Origin: Methanomassiliicoccales archaeon
GTDB taxonomy: Archaea > Thermoplasmatota > Thermoplasmata > Methanomassiliicoccales > UBA472
NCBI GenBank assembly: GCA_036677555.1
Contig: JAVBWG010000011.1
Location: 175,716 to 239,715, forward strand
Length of the DNA stretch: 64,000 bases
Direction of reading: 5' to 3'
The position numbers were made by a program, and so were the translations under genes. Below, one piece after another: positions 1 through 9,794 of this stretch. How positions within the stretch are numbered: the stretch's first letter is position 1; each line of letters begins with the position of its first letter. A model generated the notes under the pieces. The model saw only the letters and a list, made by a program, of their open reading frames with translations. It was not told the DNA's origin and searched no databases.

Positions 1-644
1 TGTTCGACATGCAGCCGGATGACCTGGAGGACATCAAGAGGGCCTGGCCGGTGCGTGATATGAACATAACAGCGTTGTTCCGCAACTCGCGCGTCCCCAT
101 GGAGCTGGACCCGCCCAGCAACCCGGACTCTTTCAGTTCCTCCCATGAACAGGGGGAGGGGTCTATGGACAGCACCATCAGCTTCATCTGGTCGGGAGCC
201 TGGGACAGCGGGAGCGGGGTGCTGGGATACAGCATACTCCTCAGCACTGACCGGAACGCTGAGCCGGACAGGATAATGGACCGCGCTACCGGATCGTACA
301 CCACCTCTTCTTTGTCACCTGGCACGTACTATCTGCACATAAGGACGGTGGACAGGGATGGCAACTGGGCGGAGGACGTGTATACCGTCGGACCGTTCGT
401 GATCGATGAGGGGGCGACCCCTGTGGACGACCCTGTGTTCCCGGAAGGGGACCTGGAGAAGGCCCTGCTGGGGCTGATGATAGTGCTTGGGGTGGTCGTT
501 TCTCTCCTGATAATGGTGCTTCGGATGGACCGGAAGGCCGCCAGAACGCAAAGGACACCGCCGATGTCACACAACTGCCCTTTCTGCGGGCGGTTCGACC
601 ATGGCGGAGAGTTCTGTCCTTACTGCGGAGGGAGATTGAGGTGA
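1..644 (+). CDS. C-terminal part of a membrane-anchored surface protein (beta-rich ectodomain, one TM helix, cytoplasmic zinc ribbon); 5' end probably outside the window
   Basis: The frame of ORF 9..644 stays open to the window edge. Translation has a beta-rich segment (GTYYLHIRTVDRDGNWAEDVYTVGPFVID), a hydrophobic helix (ALLGLMIVLGVVVSLLIMVL) followed by basic residues, and a terminal CPFCG...CPYCGG zinc-ribbon pattern. Confidence 0.5.
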   Translation, partial: FDMQPDDLEDIKRAWPVRDMNITALFRNSRVPMELDPPSNPDSFSSSHEQGEGSMDSTISFIWSGAWDSGSGVLGYSILLSTDRNAEPDRIMDRATGSYTTSSLSPGTYYLHIRTVDRDGNWAEDVYTVGPFVIDEGATPVDDPVFPEGDLEKALLGLMIVLGVVVSLLIMVLRMDRKAARTQRTPPMSHNCPFCGRFDHGGEFCPYCGGRLR

Positions 645-648
645 GGCG

Positions 649-1107
649 ATGAGGAAAGCGGAGAGGGAGATCAAGGACCGAGCGGAGCTGGAAGACGTCA
701 TCCGAAAGGCAGAGGTCTGCCGCCTGGCGATGGTCGATGACGGGAGGCCGTACATCGTGCCGATGAACTTCGGCTATAGAGAGGGCGTGTTCTACTTCCA
801 TTGCGCGAGGGAGGGGCGGAAGCTGGAGGTGCTGAGGGATAATCCCCATGTGTGCTTTGAGATGGAGGCGGGCGTGCACCTGATGAAGGGCGATGCCGCC
901 TGCGGATGGTCCACCAGCTACGAGAGCGTCATCGGCTGGGGCACCGCTGAGATCATCATGGACGAGCATGAGGTACGCGCGGGGCTGGAGGTCCTGATGT
1001 CCCATTACACCGCTGGGCCTTACGATTTTGATCAGCGTTCCCTTTCGCTCACGGCCCTGATCAAGGTCAAGGTGGAAAGAATGACCGGGAAGCGGTCTAA
1101 GCGGTGA
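649..1107 (+). CDS. Pyridoxamine 5'-phosphate oxidase-like FMN-binding split-barrel protein
   Basis: 152-aa ORF. The pattern CRLAMVDDGRPYIVPMNFGY...FYFHCAREGRKLEVLRDNPHVCF is typical of the PNPOx-like/NimA-type family. Assignment is by motif recall only. Confidence 0.65.
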   Translation: MRKAEREIKDRAELEDVIRKAEVCRLAMVDDGRPYIVPMNFGYREGVFYFHCAREGRKLEVLRDNPHVCFEMEAGVHLMKGDAACGWSTSYESVIGWGTAEIIMDEHEVRAGLEVLMSHYTAGPYDFDQRSLSLTALIKVKVERMTGKRSKR

Positions 1108-1810
1108 CCTTGACCACCTTTCCGCCGTAGCGCTCCACGATGAACTCCTGGAGCGGGACCTTTTTGCCGCTGAGCCTCAACGCTTCATGCACCATGCGCT
1201 GAAGTCCGCCACAGCAGGGCACCTCCATGCGGATCAGGGTGATGTCCTTGATCTCATTGTTCCTGAATATCCTGGCGAGCTTCTCGATGTATGCCTGAAC
1301 GTCATCCAGTTTGGGGCAGCCGATTATGGCCACCCTTCCGGCTATGAAATCCCTCTGCACGTTGCCCAGTGAAAAGCCTGTGCAGTCGGCGGCGATGAGC
1401 AGCGAGGCGTTCCTATAGGCCGGAGCGACCTCCGGGGCCAGGTGCAGCTGGATGGGCCAGTTCCTCAGCTGGGAGGGATTGTCGCCTACCGTTGTCGGGG
1501 ACGCCTCCGGCATCATCGTCATCGGCCGTGAGGAGCTGCAGGCCTGCAGCGGCTGGCCCTTGGTCGATTCCACGTGCCTCATGGCCGCTTCCTCGTCGAA
1601 GGGATCGGCCTCCCTCTCTTCTATGGAGAGCGCCCCCTCCGGACAGTGCCCGAGGCAGGCTCCCAAGCCATCGCAGTACATGTCCTTGACCACCTTGGCC
1701 TTGCAGTTCTCGATCACGATCGCCCCTTCAGCGCAGGACAGCACGCATTCCCCGCAGCCGGTGCACTTTTCCTCATCGATCCTGATGATCTTCCGCTTGA
1801 CCTTGGACAT
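1097..1810 (-). CDS. 4Fe-4S dicluster ferredoxin-domain protein with a Cys-rich C-terminal domain
   Basis: 237 aa. The N-terminus has CTGCGECVLSC and CDGLGACLGHCP cluster motifs; the C-terminal domain has GCPKL...VPCCGG. Its 3' end overlaps the convergent gene 649..1107 by 11 nt. Confidence 0.7.
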   Translation of the reverse strand: MSKVKRKIIRIDEEKCTGCGECVLSCAEGAIVIENCKAKVVKDMYCDGLGACLGHCPEGALSIEEREADPFDEEAAMRHVESTKGQPLQACSSSRPMTMMPEASPTTVGDNPSQLRNWPIQLHLAPEVAPAYRNASLLIAADCTGFSLGNVQRDFIAGRVAIIGCPKLDDVQAYIEKLARIFRNNEIKDITLIRMEVPCCGGLQRMVHEALRLSGKKVPLQEFIVERYGGKVVKVTA

Positions 1811-1917
1811 GGCGGAAGTTCCATGGAGCTGGGCTTTTAAGCGTTTTGCTCTGCTTCAACCCAATGCAACGAAGAACATCGGAAATGTAATCTACCCGTT
1901 GAAGTTATGAATCGGGG

Positions 1918-3540
1918 ATGGCCGCCATTTCCTGGGAGCTGCTGTTCGCCATTGTCCCCGGTCTGATACTGTTCCTTTACGGCATAGAGAACTTCAGCAA
2001 GGAGATAATCAATTCCGTGGGAGAACGATTCAGGGAGACCCTGGGAAAGCTGACCAAAGACCGCTGGAGGGGGGCGGCCTTCGGAGCGCTGCTCACGGCC
2101 ACCGTGCAATCGAGCGCTGCGACCACGGTCATCGCCGTCAGCCTGGTGAACGTGGGGACCATATCGTTCGCTGCCAGTCTGGGGGTGATCGTCGGCGCCA
2201 ACATAGGGACGACCATCACCGCCCAGCTGGTGGCGTTCAAGCTCACCGCATTCGGTCCGGTCTTTATCCTGGCCGGGTTCGTATGGGGTCTAATCGGCGG
2301 CCGCTACAAGTTCATCGGCAAGCCGCTGTTCTACTTCGGGCTGGTGTTCTTCGGCCTGGAGCTGGTGTCCGGATCGCTCGATCCGATCAGGGACGACCCC
2401 CAGATCATATCGCTCATCTCCAATCTCGATAACTTTTTCATCGCCCTGCTGGTCGGGGTGATATTCACCACCGCTGTGCAGTCCAGCTCTGTGACGTCCG
2501 GGCTGATGGTGGTACTGGCTTCCAGCGGACTTCTGACGCTGGAACAGGCGATTCCAGTTCTGCTCGGCGCCAACATCGGCAGCACGACCACCACCCTGTT
2601 CGCCTCGGCCAAGATGGACCTTTGGGCCCGCCGGGCGGCCGTGGCCCATCTGCTCTTCAACGTGGGTGGCGTGCTGATATTCATACCCTTGGCGGGATTG
2701 CTGGCCACGATGGTGACGGACCTGACCCCAGACGTCGGGAGGCAGGTGGCCAACGCCCACCTGATCTTCAACGTGGTGACGGCCGTGGTGTTCCTGGTGC
2801 TGATCAGACATTTCCAGAAGCTGGTGGTGAGGGCGGTACCAGGCGATGAGAAGGAGGTGCTCTTCCATCCCAAGTTCCTGACCAAGGAGCTGCCGAATGA
2901 CAATGAAACGGCATTCCGACTGATCGAACAGGAGCTGGGGCATAGCCTGGAGGTCACCAAGGAGCTGCTGGATACGTCATTCTCCTCGCTCTCGGAGGGA
3001 GGTGCGAGAGCAGTGCAGAAAGTGTCCAAGCTAGAATCGTTGAACGATTATCTGGACGATGAGATAGAGGAGGCGATCCTGTCGATGTCCCGCCGTTCCC
3101 TGAAGCAGGAGGAGGGACAGAGGACCACCCTGCTGGTGAGGATGTCCAATCTTATGGAGCGGCTGGGGGACCACGCCGAGGACATCGGGGATGTGGCCAC
3201 CAGCTTCCAGGAGAAGGGACGGACGGTCCCGAAACTGCAGCTGGAGCAGCTGTCTGTCGTGTACGATACCCTCAAGGCCAACCTGGAACTGCTCGGAGAG
3301 GATGTTCTTTTCGTTGACGAGAGCACCAAGCTGGCGATCAAGAGCGGGACGGTGGCCATGAATGTCCGGATCAACGCTATCTACAGAGAGCACCTGGAAA
3401 GGATGAAGGATGCCAGCGTTCCATCCGATTCAACGCTTCTGGAACTGCTCACCATAATGGAATCGGCCAACGAGAAGGTGCGGGAGCTGGCGGCCATAGC
3501 GACCGAATATGCTGACCTGGCGTCGCCCCGTACATCGTGA
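1918..3540 (+). CDS. Na+/phosphate cotransporter family protein (NptA/YjbB-like) with a C-terminal PhoU-like helical domain
   Basis: 540 aa, multi-TM. It has duplicated QSS signature segments (TATVQSSAATTVIAV and TTAVQSSSVTSGLMVVLA), followed by a soluble alpha-helical acidic tail of about 200 aa. Confidence 0.8.
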   Translation: MAAISWELLFAIVPGLILFLYGIENFSKEIINSVGERFRETLGKLTKDRWRGAAFGALLTATVQSSAATTVIAVSLVNVGTISFAASLGVIVGANIGTTITAQLVAFKLTAFGPVFILAGFVWGLIGGRYKFIGKPLFYFGLVFFGLELVSGSLDPIRDDPQIISLISNLDNFFIALLVGVIFTTAVQSSSVTSGLMVVLASSGLLTLEQAIPVLLGANIGSTTTTLFASAKMDLWARRAAVAHLLFNVGGVLIFIPLAGLLATMVTDLTPDVGRQVANAHLIFNVVTAVVFLVLIRHFQKLVVRAVPGDEKEVLFHPKFLTKELPNDNETAFRLIEQELGHSLEVTKELLDTSFSSLSEGGARAVQKVSKLESLNDYLDDEIEEAILSMSRRSLKQEEGQRTTLLVRMSNLMERLGDHAEDIGDVATSFQEKGRTVPKLQLEQLSVVYDTLKANLELLGEDVLFVDESTKLAIKSGTVAMNVRINAIYREHLERMKDASVPSDSTLLELLTIMESANEKVRELAAIATEYADLASPRTS

Positions 3541-3545
3541 GGAGC

Positions 3546-5111
3546 TCACACGTACTTCTCGCGGTATCTCATCAGCTCATGCCAGAAGACCGGGGTGAAA
3601 AGCACCAGCACGGATATGAACTCCAGACGTCCGGCCCACATGGTGAACGTGAGAACGATCTTTGCTGCGTCCGGAAGGCCTCCGAAGGACCCGTAGGGAC
3701 CAAGTTCGCCCAGGCCAGGACCGGCGTTCGAAAGCGTGGCCACGGCCGCGCTTATGGATGTGGTTGGGTCTATCCCCAGCAATATGAGCGCCACCACCGC
3801 CACCATTGCGGTGGCCAGGTAGCACATTACCATGGCCACTACGGACGACAGTGCCTCTTGGCTCAGGGGCCTTCCGTCGATCTTGACCGTGAATATCGAA
3901 CGGGGGTGCACCGTCTTGTGAAGGGCGGAGGCGATGAACTCACGGGTAAGGAAGAACCTGGCGACCTTGATGCCTCCAGCGGTTGAGCCGGTGCTCCCGC
4001 CGATGATCATCAGCGCGAGGAGCAGGAACACCACGGCCTGGTCCCAGGCGATGAAGTTGGTGGTGGCGAAACCGGTCGAGGACATTAGAGACACCACATG
4101 GAACATGGAGGTGCGGACGCCATCCTCGATGTTATGGAACTCCTTCCCCCAGAGGAAGATGGTGATTATCGCAGTGGCCACCAGTACTATGCCCAGGAAG
4201 AGGCGGAACTCCGAGTTACGGAAGTACCGGTTCGGATCGCGGGTGGTGATGGCCTGGAAGTGTAGATAGAAATTTGTGCTGGACAGGAACATGAATATGA
4301 TGATGATCCATTCCACGCTGGACGATTGATAGAAGGCGATGCTATCGGAGTGCGGGGACAGCCCCCCGGTGGACATGGATGAGAACATCACGCAGAAGGA
4401 GTCGAACACCCCGATGCCGGTGAAGAGCAGAAGCACGACCATCACCAAGGACAGGAATCCGTAGATGTAGTGGAACTTGCGCGCCTCCTCCTGTATGCGC
4501 GCCGAGAAATTCTGAACATCAAGGCCGGGGAACTCGTTCTTGAACAGGTTGCGGCCGCCCACGCCCAGCATGGGGAGCACGGTAACGAATATCATGATGA
4601 CCCCGGCGCCGCCCAGCCATTGCATGAAGCTGCGCCAGAACAGTATGCTCTTCGGCCAGGACTCTATGCTGATCATTATGCTGGAACCGGTGGTGGTGAA
4701 GCCGCTCATAGCCTCGAACATGGCGTCGACCACACTCATGCCGTACATGACGAACGGGATCGCGCCCATGACCGTCAGTGCGAGCCAGCCGGTGGCCACC
4801 ACGAACATGGCCTCGGTGGGCCTGGTGTTCTCCGGCGACCGATAGCGCATCAGGAGCAGGACCCCGCTGATCAGGCACAGCAATATCGGGAATATCCAAG
4901 GCCGGGGATCCTCTCCGTAGTAGAGCGCCACCAGATAGGGGAAGACCAGGGCGATGGACATGTATAGCATCAATATCCCAAAGATGTGCGGGATGGCGCT
5001 CTCCTTGCGGGCCACCTTATCAAACACATTGTTAACGTCCACGTTCAGTCGGTCGAAGTAATAGGCCAGCTGGCCGAACCATCTTCTCGTCTTGTCATAG
5101 AACGTGGTCAT
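3546..5111 (-). CDS. trkH: TrkH-family K+ uptake membrane subunit
   Basis: 521 aa polytopic protein with four pore-loop-like glycine motifs (MSGFTTTGSS, SSMSTGGLS, LMSSTGFATT, GGSTGSTAGGIK). It lies directly downstream of trkA on the same strand. Confidence 0.85.
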   Translation of the reverse strand: MTTFYDKTRRWFGQLAYYFDRLNVDVNNVFDKVARKESAIPHIFGILMLYMSIALVFPYLVALYYGEDPRPWIFPILLCLISGVLLLMRYRSPENTRPTEAMFVVATGWLALTVMGAIPFVMYGMSVVDAMFEAMSGFTTTGSSIMISIESWPKSILFWRSFMQWLGGAGVIMIFVTVLPMLGVGGRNLFKNEFPGLDVQNFSARIQEEARKFHYIYGFLSLVMVVLLLFTGIGVFDSFCVMFSSMSTGGLSPHSDSIAFYQSSSVEWIIIIFMFLSSTNFYLHFQAITTRDPNRYFRNSEFRLFLGIVLVATAIITIFLWGKEFHNIEDGVRTSMFHVVSLMSSTGFATTNFIAWDQAVVFLLLALMIIGGSTGSTAGGIKVARFFLTREFIASALHKTVHPRSIFTVKIDGRPLSQEALSSVVAMVMCYLATAMVAVVALILLGIDPTTSISAAVATLSNAGPGLGELGPYGSFGGLPDAAKIVLTFTMWAGRLEFISVLVLFTPVFWHELMRYREKYV

Positions 5112-5121
5112 CTTGACGCCC

Positions 5122-6468
5122 CTAGGGACCCACCGGTATGTTGGCCTTGAACATCCATTCCAGCTTGGCTATGGCCGATTGCAGCGCATAGATGAACACC
5201 TTGTCGCCCTCCTCGATCACCGTTTCCGGCGAAGGGATGATGGCCTTGCCATCCTTGACCACCAAGGCGATTGAGGACATCTTGGGCATGTCTATGTCGG
5301 AGAGCCTTTTGCCGACGATCCGGCTTCCGGCGGTGACCTTCAGATCGAAGAACTCTTCAGAGAACTTCTCCAACAGGAGCATCACCTCGTAGTTGTGCAC
5401 CGTCTCCTTGATGATCTCGTTGGCCACCACGTGATAATAACCGACGGAAGCGTCTATGCCGCTCATGCCGAATATCTCCTCATACTCCCTCTTGGAGTAC
5501 CTGGAAATGACCTTGGAGACACCGAGATGCTTGCCGATGAGCGACGCAAGGAGATTGTCCTCCTCGTTCTCCGTGGCGCAGATCAGAACATCGGCCATGC
5601 TCACGTTCTCATTGCGTAGGACGGAAGGGTCGGAACCGTTGTCGTTGATTATCACCGTCTTGCTCAGCTTCTTGGCCAATATCCGGCAGCGGTCCTCGTC
5701 GTTCTCGATGAGCTTGATGGAAAGCCTCTCCTTCTCAAGAAGGGTCGCCAGGTGCTCGCCGACGATCCCTCCGCCCACGATGACCATATCCCTGGGCTCG
5801 CGAAGTATGCCCAGCATGCGGTTGAATTCCGCCACCGCCTGACCCTTTCCCACGATGGTCACCTGATCGCCCTTCATGAGCACGTCGTTCCCGGTGGGAA
5901 CGATCACCTGCTTTCCCCGGTGTATGATGAGAATCTTGCAGTCGTCGGGAATGGGCATCTCCCGCAGCGGCACCATCACCACGCCCTCCTTCCTTCCGCT
6001 GACCTTGAACATGGCCAGTTCGACGCCGAGCGAGGGTATGGTCTCGCAGCCTATGGCGTTCTCGAACATGGCGATGCGCATCAGCTTGACGGCGGTGAGG
6101 TATTCGGGTGAGATTATGTGATCGACGTTCAGGAACTTGGAGGCCATCGCCCCCTCGATGTAATCGGGATTGCGCACCCTGGCCACGGTGACCAGCTTGG
6201 GATTTATCTGCTTGGCCATCATGCAGGTGAAGATGTTCGTCTCGTCGCGCTCCGTCACGGCCAGAAGAAGATTGGAGTCCTCGTTGATGACACTCTTCAG
6301 GACCTTGGGGCTGGCCCCGTTGCCGTTGAGCGCCCCCACATTGAGATGATTGACCACGTAGTCATAGCGCTTCAGATCGTCCTCTATGACCAGGACGGAA
6401 TGCTGCTTGGACAGCATCCTGGCGATCGTATAGCCGACATTTCCCGCCCCGACCACGATGACGTGCAT
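5122..6468 (-). CDS. trkA: Trk system NAD-binding subunit TrkA (two RCK-N/RCK-C repeats)
   Basis: 448 aa with two Rossmann signatures (VVGAGNVGYTIA and IVGGGIVGEHLA), each followed by a TrkA-C-like segment. It is adjacent to trkH. Confidence 0.85.
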   Translation of the reverse strand: MHVIVVGAGNVGYTIARMLSKQHSVLVIEDDLKRYDYVVNHLNVGALNGNGASPKVLKSVINEDSNLLLAVTERDETNIFTCMMAKQINPKLVTVARVRNPDYIEGAMASKFLNVDHIISPEYLTAVKLMRIAMFENAIGCETIPSLGVELAMFKVSGRKEGVVMVPLREMPIPDDCKILIIHRGKQVIVPTGNDVLMKGDQVTIVGKGQAVAEFNRMLGILREPRDMVIVGGGIVGEHLATLLEKERLSIKLIENDEDRCRILAKKLSKTVIINDNGSDPSVLRNENVSMADVLICATENEEDNLLASLIGKHLGVSKVISRYSKREYEEIFGMSGIDASVGYYHVVANEIIKETVHNYEVMLLLEKFSEEFFDLKVTAGSRIVGKRLSDIDMPKMSSIALVVKDGKAIIPSPETVIEEGDKVFIYALQSAIAKLEWMFKANIPVGP

Positions 6469-6548
6469 CCATCAACGCTCCATACCAATTGGCTATTGGT
6501 CGAATATCGCATAAAGAACACGTTACCCATTAAGATATGTTTGCTATC

Positions 6549-6577
6549 GGAAAAGAACGGGCGGCGGTGAGCCGCCC
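6549..6577 (-). terminator. Hairpin plus T-tract downstream of CDS 6591..7067
   Basis: On the minus strand, GGGCGGC-TCACC-GCCGCCC (a perfect 7-bp stem) is followed immediately by GTTCTTTTCC. It sits about 14 nt after the stop of 6591..7067 and upstream of trkA. Confidence 0.4.
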
Positions 6578-6590
6578 AGAACCGTTTGTC

Positions 6591-7067
6591 TCATCTCTTC
6601 TTCTCTATGCACCATTCGCAGTGGGGATCTCCTTTCGTCATGGCCGCCCTCGACTCGAACCGGTAACCGGGGCTTATGACATCTACATGCCCCCAGATGG
6701 CACACTCCAGGGATTGGCAGGCCTGCGGCATGGCCTTAGCCAAGGGACAGCTGGTGTTCCTGACCACCACTTTATCCGGTGATGCTTCGAGCACCTTGCC
6801 CTCAATCCCCATCATGCTTTCCCACATCCGGATCACGGAAGCGGTGGCCATCGCGTCATGGCCTTTGAACCCTTTCTCTCTCACGAACTGGTTGGCCCAG
6901 TCCCGGCCTATCTGCCTCATGGTCGGCCCGTAGGCTTTCATGGCCGCCTCCGGACCCATGGCCTTCATCATGGTGGCGATGGCTCCGAGCCACCATTGGC
7001 TCATTGCCTGACCAAGCATTGCCTCCTTCTCATCTCTGCTGTATGCGATGTTCCTCAATTCACCCAT
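6591..7067 (-). CDS. Conserved hypothetical protein, Cys-rich C-terminus
   Basis: 158-aa ORF with normal amino-acid composition, unlike the shadow ORFs. Cysteines lie at CPLAK...CQSLEC...HCEWC. No family is confidently recognised. Confidence 0.5.
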   Translation of the reverse strand: MGELRNIAYSRDEKEAMLGQAMSQWWLGAIATMMKAMGPEAAMKAYGPTMRQIGRDWANQFVREKGFKGHDAMATASVIRMWESMMGIEGKVLEASPDKVVVRNTSCPLAKAMPQACQSLECAIWGHVDVISPGYRFESRAAMTKGDPHCEWCIEKKR

Positions 7068-7188
7068 GTTTCCTCCCCAGCCTGAGGCTCGCGTAGAAAA
7101 GGAAAGGAAAGGTAGGGAGCGGGCCTCGAACAGGCTTGCTATCGTCTTTGGCGGTAATGGTATTAAACCTATGCACTGACAGAACTTC

Positions 7189-8274
7189 TCAGACCAACAT
7201 CTTGGTCAGTGACAATAGTAGCACGAGCTGAACAATCCAGACCAGGGAGGCCACCGGCATAAGCTTGCGCCCAACCCTTACTGTCTGGCGGAGGTCCATG
7301 GACAGGCCGACGCCGGCCATGGCCACCGTGAGCAGGGATGCCGAGGACGATACGACCATCGAACGGACCTCCTCACCCTGTTCCGGAAACGCAATGATGA
7401 GCAGAGACATCAGGGCAGCCATCATCACGAACGCAATCAGGAAGCCGGGCATCCTTGTTCCCTTGGAAGCCTTTCCGCTCCCCTGGAACATCTTTGCCAG
7501 TATATACGCCACCACGACAAGCATGGCCACCCGTATCATCTTGTAGGCCAGCACCAGGGAGGCGACGTCCTCGCCTCCGAGGGCGTTGTGATAGAGGTCG
7601 GCCGCCGGGATGACGTTCCCGATCTCATGCAGGGACCCGCCTATCAGGACCTCCGCCTGGGCGGCGGAGAGCCCGGCGACGGAAGCGAGCCAGGGGACTG
7701 CGAACACACCGATCAGACCGAGGACGCTTATGACTCCGATCACCGCATGCGTGTTGTGCGCCTTGGCGTCGATCACCGGCGCCACGCTGAGACACGCCGA
7801 AACACCGCATATGCCGTTCCCCGTGCCGATCAGAGCCGAAGCGTCCCTTTCAATTCTCATCCTCCCCCCGAGAAGCAGGGATAGCCAGATGGTGATCGCC
7901 ATGACCACCAGGATGATGACTATACCCACCGGGGAGGCGTGCGAGAGAACATCGAGAGTCACCCTAGCGCCCATGAGAACGATGGCCAAACGCAGAAGGT
8001 ATCGTCCGGAGTAAGCGCCCCCGGGGTTGAGCGGGGAGAGGTTCACCAGCAGGCCGATCAGCAGCGCCAGCACGATGGGGCCGACCTTGAAGAGGGCGGA
8101 GAAGATGGGATTGCCCGAGAAAAGATCGGAATCCAGCAGTCGAGGTCCGCCATCCAGGACCGTTCCCCTGGTGAGCAGATAGCTTCCCAGGGCCGCGATG
8201 ACGCAGAACAGCAGGCCTGGTGCTTCCCTGCGCCCTAGGCCGAGGTACTCCTTTGCGTCGTCCAGGTACGACAA
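7189..8274 (-). CDS. YeiH/UPF0324-family integral membrane protein (putative exporter)
   Basis: 361 aa with about 10 predicted TM helices. The central GTGNGICGVSACLSVAPVI segment resembles the YeiH-family signature. The family call is tentative. Confidence 0.55.
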   Translation of the reverse strand: MSYLDDAKEYLGLGRREAPGLLFCVIAALGSYLLTRGTVLDGGPRLLDSDLFSGNPIFSALFKVGPIVLALLIGLLVNLSPLNPGGAYSGRYLLRLAIVLMGARVTLDVLSHASPVGIVIILVVMAITIWLSLLLGGRMRIERDASALIGTGNGICGVSACLSVAPVIDAKAHNTHAVIGVISVLGLIGVFAVPWLASVAGLSAAQAEVLIGGSLHEIGNVIPAADLYHNALGGEDVASLVLAYKMIRVAMLVVVAYILAKMFQGSGKASKGTRMPGFLIAFVMMAALMSLLIIAFPEQGEEVRSMVVSSSASLLTVAMAGVGLSMDLRQTVRVGRKLMPVASLVWIVQLVLLLSLTKMLV

Positions 8275-8309
8275 AGTGATTTCTCCTTATGTCAAAAGTT
8301 AAGAGGAAT

Positions 8310-8385
8310 TGGTGGGTCTGTCCGAATTTGAATCGGAGTCACCTGCACCCCAAGCAGGAAGGATTCCAAGCTACCCCACAGACCC
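8310..8385 (-). tRNA. tRNA-Pro (anticodon GGG), CCA encoded
   Basis: Hand-folded cloverleaf. Acceptor GGGTCTG/CAGACCC, anticodon stem CCTGC/GCAGG with loop TTGGGGT (GGG, G37), T arm TCCGA-TTCAAAT-TCGGA, discriminator A, then CCA. Confidence 0.85.
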
Positions 8386-8409
8386 GTTTGTAAAGGGGTG
8401 ATAAATGGT

Positions 8410-8601
8410 TTAACCCAGGGGGATCAGCTCGCCGAGCAGGTCCGAGTGGGAGATAATCATACGGCGGCAGCAGTACCGTTTGATGTCCAGATCGTCCAGC
8501 ACTTCCTGGGGGTCCTCCCCCATCTGCACCCTCTTGACGAAGGTCTGGTAGGAACTCCCTACCACCTTGCCGCACGTGAAACATCTTACCGGTATTATCA
8601 T
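8410..8601 (-). CDS. rpoN: DNA-directed RNA polymerase subunit N (Rpo10)
   Basis: 63 aa. [14 protein letters not shown]...RYCCRRM is the classic RpoN/RPB10 zinc motif. It lies downstream of S9, as in the conserved archaeal cluster. Confidence 0.9.
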   Translation of the reverse strand: MIIPVRCFTCGKVVGSSYQTFVKRVQMGEDPQEVLDDLDIKRYCCRRMIISHSDLLGELIPLG

Positions 8602-8607
8602 TTCTGC

Positions 8608-9009
8608 TCACCTGTACGATTTCTGCCTCTTCTTCCTGGCGCCACGACCCAGCGGCTTCTTCGGGAGCTTGCGGCGGATGTCGCTGATGAGCAGGGACCT
8701 GTCAAAGTGCTTGAAGGCCAGCTCCAGCTCCTCATCCTTGTAGTACTCCACGATGGCCTTGGCGATGGCGGTTCGGGTGGCTTCCGCCTGTCCCATGACG
8801 CCTCCGCCGGCCACGCTGACGTCGATGTCGATCTTGGCGGCCTTTTCAGGCACCAAGGTCAACGGCTCGGCCATCTTCAACCTGGCGAGTTCAGGGGTGA
8901 CGATGTCCAGCGGCACGCTGTTGATGCGCACCTTGCCGGTACCCTCGCGGGCGACCGCGCGGGCCACCGCCGTCTTCCTCTTACCACTGGTGTTGACAAC
9001 TTCGGACAT
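8608..9009 (-). CDS. rps9: 30S ribosomal protein S9 (uS9)
   Basis: 133 aa. GKRKTAVARA at the N-terminus, a C-terminal KKPLGRGARKKRQKSYR tail, and position in the L13-S9-RpoN order. Confidence 0.9.
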   Translation of the reverse strand: MSEVVNTSGKRKTAVARAVAREGTGKVRINSVPLDIVTPELARLKMAEPLTLVPEKAAKIDIDVSVAGGGVMGQAEATRTAIAKAIVEYYKDEELELAFKHFDRSLLISDIRRKLPKKPLGRGARKKRQKSYR

Positions 9010-9010
9010 A

Positions 9011-9430
9011 TCACTTCACCCTCGAGCCCAGGAACTCAGCGATCTGACTGAGCGTGACGTATTGGGTCAGCCCGGTCTTTAATGCAACGTCGACCTTCTC
9101 CTTCTGGGAGTCCACGAACTCCTTGGGAACGCCAACGTAGACCTTCAGCCTCCTGTAGGCCTCCCTGCCGGAGGTTCTCTGCCAGGGGAGCATCCCGCGA
9201 ACGGTCCTCTTCATGATGAGGTCGGCACGGCGGGGGAAGAACGGGCCGCTCTTTACATTGCCCAGGTCCTTCTTCTGCTTGTACGCGGCAAGCACGGAGT
9301 CGCGGTCGCCGGTGATGATGATCTTCTCGGCGTTGACGATGACGATCTCCTCGCCCTTCAGGAGCCTCTTGGCCACTACGGTGGCAAGCCTTCCTGCGAT
9401 GTGGTTCTCAGCGTCTATTACTGCGACCAT
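9011..9430 (-). CDS. rpl13: 50S ribosomal protein L13 (uL13)
   Basis: 139 aa. VIDAENHIAGRLATVVAKRLLKGEEIVIVNAEK is the L13 signature region. Conserved gene order supports the call. Confidence 0.9.
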   Translation of the reverse strand: MVAVIDAENHIAGRLATVVAKRLLKGEEIVIVNAEKIIITGDRDSVLAAYKQKKDLGNVKSGPFFPRRADLIMKRTVRGMLPWQRTSGREAYRRLKVYVGVPKEFVDSQKEKVDVALKTGLTQYVTLSQIAEFLGSRVK

Positions 9431-9434
9431 CTGC

Positions 9435-9794
9435 TCACCTCATTATCTTCACGCCGGTCCCCTGGGGCATCTCCTTGACCAGTTCCATTATGGTCAGGTT
9501 CTTGCCCCCGGCAGCCTCGATCTTCATCTTGGCGGACTCGGAGAACCCGTAGGCGGCTACGGTCACTTTCTTGCTCAAGGCACCGGACCCCAACACCTTT
9601 CCAGGGACGACTATCACATCACCCTCGGAGGCGTATCGCTCAAGCTTGCTCAGATTGACCTCGGCCCAATTGGCCTTGGCCTTTTCCAATCTTAGAGCAA
9701 TGTCTCGCCAGATCCCCACTCCGCTGGACCTCGACTCCGCCTTCAAGGCAGAGATCAGCTCCAGGAGGTTGGGGTCAGTCTTTGCATGTGTCAT
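9435..9794 (-). CDS. rpl18e: 50S ribosomal protein L18e
   Basis: 119 aa. TDPNLLELISALK...GDVIVVPGKVLGSG matches the L18e pattern. It is the first gene of the minus-strand r-protein cluster. Confidence 0.85.
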   Translation of the reverse strand: MTHAKTDPNLLELISALKAESRSSGVGIWRDIALRLEKAKANWAEVNLSKLERYASEGDVIVVPGKVLGSGALSKKVTVAAYGFSESAKMKIEAAGGKNLTIMELVKEMPQGTGVKIMR

